Virus record (IMG/VR): IMGVR_UViG_3300005542_000007
Location: 77,878-141,877 of that record
Source: a virus
Length of the DNA: 64,000 nt
Strand: one strand, 5' to 3'
A model generated the notes under the pieces. That model saw only the letters and a program-made list of their open reading frames with translations. It was not told the origin of the DNA and ran no database searches. This document shows positions 1 to 10,635 of this stretch, in pieces (position 1 is the stretch's first letter; each line of letters starts with the position of its first letter). A program made the position numbers and the translations under genes.

Positions 1-1581
1 GGTGGTTTTGTTGCAACACCTGGAACGTATTCAGCAGCCGCAGCAGGAACATGGTCTGCCGGAAACCTTACACTCAATGGTGCAGGTACTTATATATTCT
101 TGTTTGGTACAAGTCTTACAATGCCAGCCGCCGCAAGTGTAATATTAGAAAATGGTGCCACTGCTAATAACGTTTACTTCGTAACAGGTACAACCTTTAC
201 ATTTGGTGCCAATGATACCGTTAATGGAACTATTCTAGCAGGTACATCCATTACTTTTGCAGCTTCTTCAGTATTGAATGGTAGAGCTTTAGTTTATGGT
301 CCCAGTGGAACAACCGTTACATTTCCAAGTGCTGGTACTGTTACTGTTCCGGCCAGTTCGACTTTATCAGGTGGAGATAATTCACTTGTAATTACAACAA
401 CTGCTTCATTTAATTCTTCTATTTCAATTGAAAACGGAACGGCAAATTCTATTCTTGGATTTGTTGCGGGTTCATTAGTTTCTACTCCACAACGTCCAGC
501 CCTAGGTGTTGTTTACTTTGTAAATTATGAATGGGCTAAGGCTGTAGGTGATGGACAGAATTCTTTTGAGCCACAGTTTTTCTTTCTACAGAATTTTAGT
601 TCAGTTACAAATGCTGTGGGAACTGTTGGCGGAGGAGATTCTCAGACAGCTAATATGGGAGGCGCTTGGACTCTTCCAATTGCTGCTCAATTGGCACAAG
701 AAAACGGAGCAAGCATTGTATGTTTAATGCAAATGAATCCTGTTGATGGTGCCAATGCTTCTCAGGTTCGTGCAGCCCTTACGAAGCTTCTAATTCCAAA
801 TATTAATATTGTTGTTTCTTTGGATGCAGCAGACAATGCAATGCTAATTCCAGATATTACGAACCACGTCATTACTGCCTCAAGCACAATTAATCGATTA
901 GAGAGAACGGCATTTATTGGTTTTTCTCGCCTATCAAATCCTAGCGATACAACAATGCTTGGATATGCAACGGCAGCTTCCAGCAATCGTGTTGTTGTTG
1001 TGAATCAAACGAATACAACTTATTCCATGTTCATTGGGACAAACACAACAGCTTCAACTGTAGATGGTACAATGATGGCTTCTGCACTTGCTGCTCTTCG
1101 AACAAATCCAGCATTTGACGTTGCCCAGCCTCTTACTCGTGAAGTGGTTTCAGGAATTGCAACAACTAATACTTTGGCACAATCTGAAAAAGTTATTCTT
1201 TCCAATAACGGCGTACTGATTGTGGATAATATTTCTGGTTCGCCAAAGGTTGTATTTGGTACAACAACGGCATTTGATACTATTCTAAATCAACTTTATC
1301 AGGTGACAGAGATTGCAGATTATTGTACTCAAACTATTCGTGGTCTTCTAGATCCTATTTTTATCGGACAGAAATTGCTGGCAAATACACCTTCACAGGT
1401 TGAAACTGTGACTTCCGCAATTTTGTCAGATATTGAATCTAGTAACATCATTGAATCATTTACACAACCAATCGCAACAGTAAACCCACTACAACCAACA
1501 CAGATTTTGGTGAATGTGGGCGTACAGCCCGTATTGGAATTGGATACAATCTTAATCACATTAGGTTTGAATTTAGCCTAA
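1..1581 (+). CDS. Contractile tail sheath protein, 5'-truncated by the window, with an inserted DUF3494 ice-binding-like domain
   Basis: Frame is open from base 1. The C-terminal region is sheath-like (LSNNGVLIVDN...TTT...EIADY...FIGQK...VNVGVQPVLELDTILITL). Lies directly upstream of a tube-sized gene. Confidence 0.85.
   Translation, partial: GGFVATPGTYSAAAAGTWSAGNLTLNGAGTYIFLFGTSLTMPAAASVILENGATANNVYFVTGTTFTFGANDTVNGTILAGTSITFAASSVLNGRALVYGPSGTTVTFPSAGTVTVPASSTLSGGDNSLVITTTASFNSSISIENGTANSILGFVAGSLVSTPQRPALGVVYFVNYEWAKAVGDGQNSFEPQFFFLQNFSSVTNAVGTVGGGDSQTANMGGAWTLPIAAQLAQENGASIVCLMQMNPVDGANASQVRAALTKLLIPNINIVVSLDAADNAMLIPDITNHVITASSTINRLERTAFIGFSRLSNPSDTTMLGYATAASSNRVVVVNQTNTTYSMFIGTNTTASTVDGTMMASALAALRTNPAFDVAQPLTREVVSGIATTNTLAQSEKVILSNNGVLIVDNISGSPKVVFGTTTAFDTILNQLYQVTEIADYCTQTIRGLLDPIFIGQKLLANTPSQVETVTSAILSDIESSNIIESFTQPIATVNPLQPTQILVNVGVQPVLELDTILITLGLNLA
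232..299 (+). repeat. 68-bp exact repeat shared by DUF3494 copies (other copy at 14494-14561, similar at about 16595-16660)
   Basis: attctagcaggtacatccattacttttgcagcttcttcagtattgaatggtagagctttagtttatgg. Confidence 0.9.
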
Positions 1582-1622
1582 TAATAGATAGAATTTAACA
1601 AAGAAATTTAAGGAGAATCACA

Positions 1623-2153
1623 ATGGCCCAGCTAGGTGATACACAAGCACGATTAAGTACATCAGTTTCACTTTTTCTTTTACCACAGAGTTTAAATGCT
1701 ACCACATTAAATAATCCTGCGGCTCTTCTTTCATTGGCGCAGCAATCTACTAAGATTGGTGCTGTGCAATCATTTACCCAAACTCAACGTCGAAATACAG
1801 ATTTTCGATTTGAGTTGGATTCTGATCAGCAAGGCAAGCCCGTTGAAAGATTGCCTCGTACAGTGGATGAATACAGCCTTCACGCGGATCGTGTGATGTT
1901 GTATTTGTCAGATGCTCTGGAAGAGTTGGGAATTTCTGGTGACGACATTGTAAACAACAATGCTCCAATTGGTATTTTGAAACAGGAAATTGCACCCGCA
2001 GGTTCAACGGCTCCTACAAAGAGTACGATATTCACTGGTGTTTGGATTCATTCCGTTTCTGCCACATACAACATTGCTGGTGGAGACCTAAGAGTTCTAG
2101 AGGGCGTTGATTTCGGATACACTTCGTCCACAGTCGTTGGAGAGCCAGCCTAA
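1623..2153 (+). CDS. Tail tube protein
   Basis: 176 aa, follows the sheath, strong AAGGAG RBS, tube-like motifs (KIGAVQSFT, TIFTGVWIHS). Confidence 0.75.
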   Translation: MAQLGDTQARLSTSVSLFLLPQSLNATTLNNPAALLSLAQQSTKIGAVQSFTQTQRRNTDFRFELDSDQQGKPVERLPRTVDEYSLHADRVMLYLSDALEELGISGDDIVNNNAPIGILKQEIAPAGSTAPTKSTIFTGVWIHSVSATYNIAGGDLRVLEGVDFGYTSSTVVGEPA

Positions 2154-2179
2154 GAAGCATCAGCAACAAGAGGATAATA

Positions 2180-2386
2180 ATGTCTAAAGAAATACAGTAT
2201 TGTTTAAACTGTGATGGATATACCCTTCTTGAAGAAGATGATTACGATTTTTGTAAGAAGTGTCAAATTGAGACATTGCAAAATAGAGTGAACATTAATA
2301 AACAATTAGCGGATTACCTCATACAACAAATTCCAGAATCTAATCGAGAGCAGGTTGCAAAAGCAGCGTGGGCCAGCATTAAGTAA
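2180..2386 (+). CDS. Small zinc-ribbon hypothetical protein
   Basis: CxxC...CxxC motif, GAGGA RBS. Confidence 0.6.
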   Translation: MSKEIQYCLNCDGYTLLEEDDYDFCKKCQIETLQNRVNINKQLADYLIQQIPESNREQVAKAAWASIK

Positions 2387-2415
2387 AAAAGATAAGAGAG
2401 TAAAGGAGTCATAAA

Positions 2416-2769
2416 ATGGACTTGAAAAGTTTCTCAGCATTGAATCGTATTGAGAAAGAATTTGAGATTGTAAAAGACTTGAAAGTATCGATGCATACAC
2501 TTTCGGTATTGCAACAGCAGCAAGCATTGTCTGAATTGATTGTTTCTCCAGCCGGACAAGATCCAGCACTTCGCGCTGTGGTTCTTCAGCAAGCTTTACT
2601 TGTTTATGCCTTGGATACAATCAACGGTGTAAAAGTTACGTTGCAAGAAGCAAAAGACTTTATTCAAAATTTACAAGCTCCAGTTTTCAATGAAATTTAT
2701 AATTGTTATGATTTGATGGCCCAAGAACAAGACGCCATCCTAACCGAACTTAAAAAAAAACTTCCCTAA
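2416..2769 (+). CDS. Tail assembly chaperone (G-like)
   Basis: Located between tube and tape measure. Ends in ELKKK encoded by a run of 9 A. Confidence 0.75.
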   Translation: MDLKSFSALNRIEKEFEIVKDLKVSMHTLSVLQQQQALSELIVSPAGQDPALRAVVLQQALLVYALDTINGVKVTLQEAKDFIQNLQAPVFNEIYNCYDLMAQEQDAILTELKKKLP

Positions 2770-3125
2770 CCGAGTCAGTTCCCTTCCGTGAGCTTTGGGT
2801 CGTATCCAAAGCTCTGCATGTATCTCCCTTCTCTGAAACCATCTCGAATCTCTCTCAAGCCGAATTTATGTGGGTTTTAATGAACCATCTCCGTGATGAA
2901 AAGGAAGAATGGGAAAAACAGGAACTTCTCTGTACGTTCATCAATCCCCAGGTCGCTTCTGCCTTATTTGGCAAGAAAGACGTGGAAACGACCGTGAGCA
3001 CCGAAGATGTGATATTTACGCAAATTAGCGAGGATTTGAGGGGTAAATACACGCCTGAAGAGCTTGCTGAGATAATGAAGAACCCCAAACACTACAGTGA
3101 ATTAGATAGAATTGAGAAGGTTTAA
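2752..3125 (+). CDS. Tail assembly chaperone C-terminal extension (GT-like) via a probable -1 frameshift
   Basis: Slippery A9 at 2752-2760. The -1 frame is open from 2754 to 3125 (TSLTESVPFRELWVVSK...). Confidence 0.7.
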
Positions 3126-3157
3126 ATTCGACTCTATTTTTAGAGCAAAAATAGCCC

Positions 3158-3186
3158 TTGACAAACTCCTCCACTTCTGTTACACT
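3158..3186 (+). promoter_or_regulatory. Sigma70-type promoter
   Basis: TTGACA-17 nt-TACACT. Confidence 0.7.
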
Positions 3187-3211
3187 AATAATGAAAGGGA
3201 GGTATAATCAA

Positions 3212-3367
3212 ATGATCGCGCTAGTAATTTTAATCGTAGCTTGTGCGTTTGTTTTTGGCAGTATCGGAAGTTTACTTAATTTAGATAGCCGTGATATAAG
3301 TACGTTAATGACATGGGGCTCAACAATAGTTATTTGCTCTTTACTTATCTATCTTGGTTTTAATTAA
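3212..3367 (+). CDS. Small two-TM membrane protein inserted in the tail operon
   Basis: GGGAGG RBS before ATG 3212, two hydrophobic stretches, own promoter. Confidence 0.6.
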   Translation: MIALVILIVACAFVFGSIGSLLNLDSRDISTLMTWGSTIVICSLLIYLGFN

Positions 3368-3452
3368 AATAAATAGTAATTTTGTATTGAAGTTTTTATA
3401 GCAGCCACTTTGTAGTTCCAACCTAACGTAGTATAATTCCGAGGATATTCCA

Positions 3453-5207
3453 TTGGTAGACCCAATATTGGGCCCTTCTGGGCAACCATTACCACCATCT
3501 AATCCGCTCCTTTCTCAGCAACCTGGGAACCTAAGTGCTACGGCAACTGTAAGCACAGGTTCTGCTCAGAGGGCTTTCGCTGAATTGCAGAAGGTTTTAG
3601 ACAACATTATGAAGTCTTTTAGTGGGAATTGGGAAAAGGCTTCTAATGATAGTTTGAAAGCCCAGGAAAGATTTTATAGGTACGTTGGGGACAAAGACAA
3701 TGAAAGAAGGGCCGCTTTAAAACGTTATAGTAATGAAGCTATAGCGGCTATAGATGAGGAAACAAAAGCTAAACTAGAAGCTTTAGATTTCGAATTACAG
3801 GCTAAAAAGAAAACTCATGAAGAAGGCGAAAGAGAAAAAACTAAAATAACCACAGAAGCTTCTAGACTCAGGTCCAATATTGAACGAGATGCTCTTCGTA
3901 AAGAAGTAGATTCTAAGAAAATTTTAAATAGAATAGGCGGTGGAATTTCGTCTGTTGGAAGCCAAATAGGAGGTCCAATAGGTGGTCTGGTTTCGGGAGT
4001 AGGAAATTTCCTTACCAACCCAGCAGAGCTTATTCCAGCCGCCATTGCTGGGTCCATTATAGAAATGATGAATACCAGGGCTGCTTTCACAGCAACTGGA
4101 GCAAGATTGGCTGGTGCTGGTTTTGGTGTTGGTGCTGGAGCAGGTGCTGGATTAGATTTTACAACTGGACTTTTTGGCGGTCCCATTAGCCCATTTGGTC
4201 GTTCTTTATCGCAGTCGCAGCAACGAGATATTATAAGTAATATGGCTGGGTCGCGTACAATGATTGACCAAGCCAGAGCCGCTGGTGGAATGGATGTTCT
4301 CAGAGGAAATCTTGGACTTTTTGCCAACATTCTTCCCGACGCTTCCAAAGAGATGGAGTTGTTTACTGATGCTACGAAGACCTTGGGAATGTCCCAAAAG
4401 GATATTTCTGGTACGTTCATGTCTTCTCGTGTAAATGCAGAAAGATTAAAAATAACACAACTCGATGCAATCTCAACGCAGATAGAAATGCAGAGAGCCC
4501 TTCGTAATATTACAAATGATGGGACTGTCGCTGCAAGTGTTTTATTTAATGTTGGTGGGTTTTTAAAGGGTATTGGTACTTCTGAAGCAGAACGTCAACG
4601 CATAACTCTTGGTATTGCTCAGGCTGGAGCTAATCTTTCTCTTCCACAAATAGCTGGTATGCTTGCTTTCACCAGAGGAATGAGTCCAACTGGTCAGGGT
4701 ATGGAACGTGCCATTTTTGGAACCAATGGTGCTGGTGGAATGTTGGGCAATAAAGGTACTGGCGTATTTGGGTTGATGGGAGAGTTTTTCAATAAAGTTG
4801 GTGGACAAGCAAAAGATCCTATGCAGCGCTTGTTTATCGCAGATGCCATGAATCGGCAATTTGGGCTCGGACTTCGTACTCAGGATATTCCACAATTTTT
4901 CAATCTGTCTGAAAGACTAAGAACAGGTGGAATGAATGAAAGGGAATATTCTAAACAGGTAGAATCTTTAACAAAACAAGCCAAAGCGATTACAATTGAA
5001 GGTATGGATAAACTGGTAAATGTTGTTAATCCCATAACACAACTTGAGAATGTATTCACAAATTTTTGGACAAAGATGGATCAACTTCTTTCTAAATATT
5101 TTGGAGATGCGACACATCCAAAAAATTATTTGCACAACGCCCCTAGAAAAAGTACTGATCGTAAACCTACTGCTGGACATGGGTTTGATGTGTATAAGGG
5201 GTTCTAA
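3453..5207 (+). CDS. Tape measure protein
   Basis: Follows the chaperones. Helical N-terminus and Gly/Ala-rich hydrophobic segments. Confidence 0.7.
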   Translation: MVDPILGPSGQPLPPSNPLLSQQPGNLSATATVSTGSAQRAFAELQKVLDNIMKSFSGNWEKASNDSLKAQERFYRYVGDKDNERRAALKRYSNEAIAAIDEETKAKLEALDFELQAKKKTHEEGEREKTKITTEASRLRSNIERDALRKEVDSKKILNRIGGGISSVGSQIGGPIGGLVSGVGNFLTNPAELIPAAIAGSIIEMMNTRAAFTATGARLAGAGFGVGAGAGAGLDFTTGLFGGPISPFGRSLSQSQQRDIISNMAGSRTMIDQARAAGGMDVLRGNLGLFANILPDASKEMELFTDATKTLGMSQKDISGTFMSSRVNAERLKITQLDAISTQIEMQRALRNITNDGTVAASVLFNVGGFLKGIGTSEAERQRITLGIAQAGANLSLPQIAGMLAFTRGMSPTGQGMERAIFGTNGAGGMLGNKGTGVFGLMGEFFNKVGGQAKDPMQRLFIADAMNRQFGLGLRTQDIPQFFNLSERLRTGGMNEREYSKQVESLTKQAKAITIEGMDKLVNVVNPITQLENVFTNFWTKMDQLLSKYFGDATHPKNYLHNAPRKSTDRKPTAGHGFDVYKGF

Positions 5208-5211
5208 TTAA

Positions 5212-5709
5212 ATGGCACAAATATATCCCGTTAGAATCAATAATTTAAATTTCTTTGTAAATCCTCGAAATATGAAGATTACAAAAAATGTTTCGTATGG
5301 TACTCTTCCAACTCAGGGTGGAGTTCAATATCAAATTTGGTACAATACTCCAGAAACACTTGTTATTACTGGAGCCTCCGCTGGACAGACTGCGTATCAG
5401 GAACTTTTGTTCCTTAAGCAGCAATTTGAGATGAACAATAAACTTTCCACCCTATTTTATAAAACGCAAGTTTATCAGGGTTTTATTACGCTGTTGGATG
5501 TGGAAGCTTCTACAGGACATTTGAATGAGTTTACATATACAATAAATTTTCAGCTTCTCTTTGGGCAACAATTTGCTATTGAAGATTTTTCAATTTCTAC
5601 AACGAACAACGGATTAATTCAAGGTGCTATTGGTCGATTACAAACTATCTTAAATATTCCGCTAAATAAGGCTAGTGCGAATATCACGAATTTATTGAAT
5701 AAATTTTAA
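5212..5709 (+). CDS. Tail tube initiator/baseplate protein
   Basis: Synteny after tape measure. FFVNP...TQGG...ITG...GF...FTYTINF pattern. Confidence 0.55.
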   Translation: MAQIYPVRINNLNFFVNPRNMKITKNVSYGTLPTQGGVQYQIWYNTPETLVITGASAGQTAYQELLFLKQQFEMNNKLSTLFYKTQVYQGFITLLDVEASTGHLNEFTYTINFQLLFGQQFAIEDFSISTTNNGLIQGAIGRLQTILNIPLNKASANITNLLNKF

Positions 5710-5711
5710 CC

Positions 5712-8012
5712 ATGGCAACAAACGATCAGGTAAGCCAAGAGTATTTATTAATAAAGTGCTTTCTCTATAAATATACGCCCCCTTTTTCACAGGTGACGGT
5801 GCCTCCATCTGTATCCAGTAATTTTTCTCTTTCAACTTTTACACCCTATTCTGTACCGCTCGATGACACACAGTATTTTACAAAATATGACATTTCCAGA
5901 TTTGTTACCGACTATACATTTGAACAAAATATAGATGAAACAACTTATTCGTGGTCCGTGGAATTACAAGATTTGGCTTTGAGTTTTGGAACGATTAACA
6001 ATAGCCTGAAAGTTACCCCAATAGCTGGAAACACTCTTAAGAATGGGCTTTCCTTTTCCCAAAGTACAGACTCACTTTCTTTGTTATCTGAGTATGAAAC
6101 TGGGGCCAACACTTTCAATAATAACAATCCAGCAACTGGAGAGTTGCCAATTTTAGGAGCAAAATCCAATCGTGGGTTAACTCCAGGACCTTTGACAGTA
6201 CAAAATACAAACCTTAATTCAGCATTATCGACAGTTCATGGATTGCGACTTAGTGATTTGATTCAAGAGTACGATTTTATTTCGGTGTTTCTTTATAAGA
6301 ATCAAACTCCTATTACAGATATTTGGGGAGTATTCACTGTTGATGATTCTATAGCAAATAACCCGTTGCAGATTTTTACATACAAAGTTACTTCAAATAC
6401 GACACCAGCATTTCAAAATTTTCAGAATCCTGTTGACCCATTTTTGCAGCAGGAATCCGTACTTTTAACAAAGATGCCAAATGGACAAACCCTCTTTTCC
6501 AATGAATTAAATGGGTTTGTTATTAAAAAAAATGCAACAAGCTCCATCAACCAAGTAGATAGAGTTGTGGTAAGTGGAAATGGTTGGAGCAGATTATTCG
6601 GTTCAACCAGACGTGCCATAAAAACTTCGTTATTTGCTAACGCTTTGTATCAAGCTGGACAAGTAACTGGTTTGAATGACGTGACTCCATATGAAAATAT
6701 ATATGCGGGTCAACCCATATCGAATATTATCCAGGATTTATTTGATACGGTTTATAGGATTGATTTTAATACAACAACCAGCACCGCTGTTTCCGCTGCC
6801 GCGACACCCATAAATCCTTTAAATTCTACCAATTTGGATACTTCTACGCAGGTACAGACAAACTTTTTTGCAAGTCCATTGGGACCATCGGGAACCACTT
6901 CTGCATCTGTATTTTCAGGACCGTCTCTTCCCCCACTTGGGTCAAGCTTTTATAATATTACGTCCTTGATTGTGGGAAATTCGTACCCAGCAAATTTATT
7001 TACTCTGCCTCAATATCTGTTATCAACGGCAATGAAGTTCAGGCCGTTTGCTTATATTGAGCCAATCAATGTTCCAGCTTCCGCTTCTTTTATAAGTGGA
7101 GCCACATCAGCCGCTTTAAGTTTGGCTGGCGCTGGTTCTACTGGACAAATTTCACCAGCAATATTTCAGCAAGCGATTCAGAACTTTGATACGAGTGAAC
7201 AGGTTATAAATTATGGCAGCACAAGTCCTGTATTTGTAGACCCAACTGTACAGAACCTAAAGGCGTATTTTCAATTTTTAGATACTGTCTTTTTACCTTA
7301 CAGCCCTGAATTGCAAACACCCTACGAGATTTTGGATCAGATTCGAGCTATTACATTTGTCGAAATTTATGAACAGCCCAACGGTCAATTTATTGTTCGT
7401 TCTCCTCAGTACAACAATTTTGCAGCTTCTGTTCCTGGACGATCTGATATAGGACTCATTCGCAGTAGCAATTTAGGTATCGTTTCTACTAATTATATGG
7501 AAACCGTAGAGAATTTGGTGAGCAAGCTTCTTACAGGCTATTCTCCAAATATTACACCCATTGATACATTGCAGCAATTTGGATACTGTGATGGAAAGCT
7601 TCTTATTCAAAACGGTTTATTAGAAATGGAGACAGCAGCAAATCCAAATGCAGCAACCGCCTCTTTATCCAACACGACAACCAATAACAGCAAGACAACT
7701 GGGATTTTTGGATGGGCAGAGTATTTGATGGAACTATCAAACGCCAAATTGAAAACAGGCGCAATTGTTTGTGATTTGGATAACACAGTTCAGGTAGGAC
7801 AAACTTTCATTGATGAGACAAAGTTTAAGTTTGGATATGTTATTGGGATAAGCAAACATGTATCTGTTACTGGTACAGCAACAATGACTCTCTCGTTATC
7901 CTATGTTAGAGATGCAGTTCCTGTATACAACGTTGATAATTCTATTCGAACTATTAATACAGACTTGCTTCCAGTTTTGACAGATATTGAAAATTCGTTT
8001 GCGAGTACTTAA
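5712..8012 (+). CDS. Baseplate hub protein
   Basis: Synteny. FVEIYEQPNGQFIVRSP and YVIGISKHV...TMTLSLSYVR hub-like motifs. Confidence 0.6.
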   Translation: MATNDQVSQEYLLIKCFLYKYTPPFSQVTVPPSVSSNFSLSTFTPYSVPLDDTQYFTKYDISRFVTDYTFEQNIDETTYSWSVELQDLALSFGTINNSLKVTPIAGNTLKNGLSFSQSTDSLSLLSEYETGANTFNNNNPATGELPILGAKSNRGLTPGPLTVQNTNLNSALSTVHGLRLSDLIQEYDFISVFLYKNQTPITDIWGVFTVDDSIANNPLQIFTYKVTSNTTPAFQNFQNPVDPFLQQESVLLTKMPNGQTLFSNELNGFVIKKNATSSINQVDRVVVSGNGWSRLFGSTRRAIKTSLFANALYQAGQVTGLNDVTPYENIYAGQPISNIIQDLFDTVYRIDFNTTTSTAVSAAATPINPLNSTNLDTSTQVQTNFFASPLGPSGTTSASVFSGPSLPPLGSSFYNITSLIVGNSYPANLFTLPQYLLSTAMKFRPFAYIEPINVPASASFISGATSAALSLAGAGSTGQISPAIFQQAIQNFDTSEQVINYGSTSPVFVDPTVQNLKAYFQFLDTVFLPYSPELQTPYEILDQIRAITFVEIYEQPNGQFIVRSPQYNNFAASVPGRSDIGLIRSSNLGIVSTNYMETVENLVSKLLTGYSPNITPIDTLQQFGYCDGKLLIQNGLLEMETAANPNAATASLSNTTTNNSKTTGIFGWAEYLMELSNAKLKTGAIVCDLDNTVQVGQTFIDETKFKFGYVIGISKHVSVTGTATMTLSLSYVRDAVPVYNVDNSIRTINTDLLPVLTDIENSFAST

Positions 8013-8013
8013 T

Positions 8014-8628
8014 ATGACTAAAAAATATGCAAAAAAATACAATAGAGAATATTATCAACTACATAAAGAAGAAATTAAAGAAGCTAGAAAAAATTATTAT
8101 GAATTAAATAAAGATAAAATTAAAGAGTATCAAGCTGAGAATAAGGAAAAAATTAGAGAATATAAACACGAATATGATATCAAATATAATAAATTACATA
8201 AAGAAGAAAATGCTGCTCGTTGCAAAGAATATCAAGCAATACACAGAGAAGAAATTAGACAGTATAAAAATGAGTATCAAGATAATAGAAGAAAGACAGA
8301 TCCTCTTTTTAAACTAGCTTGTAATTTGAGAAAGAGAATACGTGCAGCGATTAAACAAAATAACAAAACTGGTTCTGCTGTTAAAGATTTAGGTTGTACC
8401 ATTGAATTTCTAAAGAAATATATTGAATCTAAATTCTACGGTGATATGACATGGGATAATTGGGGTACAGTTTGGGAACTAGACCACATAGTTCCGTTAT
8501 TTAAATTTGATTTGATGGATAAAAAGCAGTTTAAGAGGGCTGTCAATTACAAAAATCTTCAGCCATTGACCAAAAAGGATCATAGAAAGAAAACGAATAG
8601 AGAAGTAAGTGAATGGAGTAATCATTAA
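8014..8628 (+). CDS. HNH homing-endonuclease-like protein
   Basis: Lys/Glu/Tyr-rich N-terminus followed by LGCTIEFL...MTWDNWG..WELDHIVP...NYKNLQPL. Paralog of 59392-60303. Confidence 0.8.
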   Translation: MTKKYAKKYNREYYQLHKEEIKEARKNYYELNKDKIKEYQAENKEKIREYKHEYDIKYNKLHKEENAARCKEYQAIHREEIRQYKNEYQDNRRKTDPLFKLACNLRKRIRAAIKQNNKTGSAVKDLGCTIEFLKKYIESKFYGDMTWDNWGTVWELDHIVPLFKFDLMDKKQFKRAVNYKNLQPLTKKDHRKKTNREVSEWSNH

Positions 8629-8632
8629 TTAT

Positions 8633-9655
8633 ATGGCAGATTATCGTATATTCCAGGCTCAAATTTTAGCCAAAGACCCAACGACCCCAAGGCAGTATTC
8701 GGTTGTTGAGATTCCAAATGGACAGAAACTAGTTGGTGTTCAGCTTGGAAATGCCCTTAAAGACCAAAGTGCTCCGTTGCTTGGAAGTATTGTTTTGGTT
8801 TTGCAATTGGACGCCTATCGCTCTTATATTTTGATGGTGTTGCGAGAACCATTTAATTTTCTCACTACCAATACTCAATACCGTGGATTTATTCCAGCTA
8901 CTGGAAATGTCAGTCAAGATATCGCAATTGGTGCAAACCCAGTACAAGATGGTGAAATTTTTATGGAAGCAACTGGTCCTGCTTCCCCCACCGGAGAAGG
9001 CATTCCAGGATTTGGTGCTCATCTATACTTGGGTAACAATGGAGTAGCACAGATTGAATCGGGCTCCATGGGAGAAAAGCTTATTATTGGTGGTGAAGGT
9101 TCTTCAGATGATCACGAAGTTATTCTTTCAGCCGATAATGGGTTTATTGAAGGAAATCCAAACGATATAACTCAGATCCAAAGCACCTTTAATTGGGACA
9201 GTTTAAATAATTTGCAGTTTGGGAATGTGATTGCCAACCCAGTTACTTCCATTACAATTCCCCTAAGTGAATTGATGATGGATGCAATTGGGAACATTAC
9301 TCTTCGAAATACTACCATAGGAACTGGGGTGAGTTTGGCTTCTTTGAATATGGACCCCATTGGAGATATTTCGTTAACGGGAACTACAATTTCATTGAAC
9401 AATGGTACTGAAGGCGTTGCTCGATTGAACGATTTGACCACTTCCAATTTGGCAATCGATCCCCTATACTGGAAATTCGTTACTGCTATTCAGGCATTCT
9501 TTACAGCTTTATCTGCATTCCAAGGCGGTAATCCGGTTCTTCAATCTCAACTTGGAGTATTGGGGTCAACCTTTTTAGCCCAAGTTCCTATAGCACCCAC
9601 TTCTTTAACGAGCAAGATTTCTACGTCATCTATTACTGTAACGGCAGGTAACTAA
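8633..9655 (+). CDS. Baseplate central spike (gp5/gpV-like)
   Basis: OB-fold-like N-terminus, beta-helix-like C-terminus ending GVARLND...ISTSSITVTAG. Confidence 0.6.
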   Translation: MADYRIFQAQILAKDPTTPRQYSVVEIPNGQKLVGVQLGNALKDQSAPLLGSIVLVLQLDAYRSYILMVLREPFNFLTTNTQYRGFIPATGNVSQDIAIGANPVQDGEIFMEATGPASPTGEGIPGFGAHLYLGNNGVAQIESGSMGEKLIIGGEGSSDDHEVILSADNGFIEGNPNDITQIQSTFNWDSLNNLQFGNVIANPVTSITIPLSELMMDAIGNITLRNTTIGTGVSLASLNMDPIGDISLTGTTISLNNGTEGVARLNDLTTSNLAIDPLYWKFVTAIQAFFTALSAFQGGNPVLQSQLGVLGSTFLAQVPIAPTSLTSKISTSSITVTAGN

Positions 9656-9656
9656 A

Positions 9657-10136
9657 ATGCCAAATCCAGCAACAACTCTTGGTCTTTGTGCAGTACAGTT
9701 CATTAGGGCTGTACTTTGTGGCAACCCAACACTTAAAAGTACATTTAAAACTTTTCTAAATAGCCAGATTTTAGCTGCTGATGCTGAGATAGCAATTTTG
9801 GGGGCACAGGTTGCTAGACTTGATATTTTAAATGAATTTGCTAATTTAGAAATTCAAACCTTAGCAGCAGTACAGAATAAAATTCAAGCTGATCTTAATG
9901 TGGTTCTTGGTCCTATGCAAGGTTCCGCAGCATGTCCAGTCATTAGTCAATTTATGCAGCAAGCGCAAAGCGGCTCTACTTTGAAAGCTCTTGCTGGAAT
10001 TCAGAATCTAATTTATTCTTATAACAGACGTGCATACGTAGCAAATGCAATTTCTAATCAAGTTAAAAGTTTGCAGAATTTTGTAAATACCGCCCAACAA
10101 TTTTTAAATTTAATTGATCAAGTTTGTAGTTCTTAA
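9657..10136 (+). CDS. Hypothetical helical virion protein
   Basis: ORF in the baseplate cluster. Confidence 0.5.
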   Translation: MPNPATTLGLCAVQFIRAVLCGNPTLKSTFKTFLNSQILAADAEIAILGAQVARLDILNEFANLEIQTLAAVQNKIQADLNVVLGPMQGSAACPVISQFMQQAQSGSTLKALAGIQNLIYSYNRRAYVANAISNQVKSLQNFVNTAQQFLNLIDQVCSS

Positions 10137-10147
10137 GGAGAAACTAA

Positions 10148-10624
10148 GTGAGCGATTTATTTTTATCGACAGCTAATACACCGGGACAACCACAATATCC
10201 ACCTCAACAAGGAAGTCCACAATTTTACTTTGGAGAACAGACTAATGATCTTCAGATAGGTACAGATAATGATTTTACTTTAGTAAGTGGAGTCGAAGAA
10301 ACAACACAAGACGTACAGAAAATTCTTATTACGGAACAGGGAGATAATACATTGTTTCCATTATATGGAACATTGCTTCAGAGTCTCATTGGAAATAAAA
10401 TAAATCCAAATACAATTTCTGGTTCTGTGCAGCAAGAGATTGTGCAAGCTTTACAAGTACTCTTTTTACTTACACAGAATAGATCAAATCCAGCAGAGAT
10501 TGTACAAACTTTATACTCTCTACAAACTACATTACAGAGCGATACTAATATAGCAGCATTGCTTACGGTTATTGCAGCCTCCGGGCAAGAAATTACTACG
10601 GGTATTCAAATAGGTAATATCTAA
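10148..10624 (+). CDS. Baseplate wedge protein (gp25-like)
   Basis: LVSGVEETTQDVQKILITEQG...PLYGTLLQSLIG motif. Confidence 0.75.
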   Translation: MSDLFLSTANTPGQPQYPPQQGSPQFYFGEQTNDLQIGTDNDFTLVSGVEETTQDVQKILITEQGDNTLFPLYGTLLQSLIGNKINPNTISGSVQQEIVQALQVLFLLTQNRSNPAEIVQTLYSLQTTLQSDTNIAALLTVIAASGQEITTGIQIGNI

Positions 10625-10635
10625 GGATTAAAATT

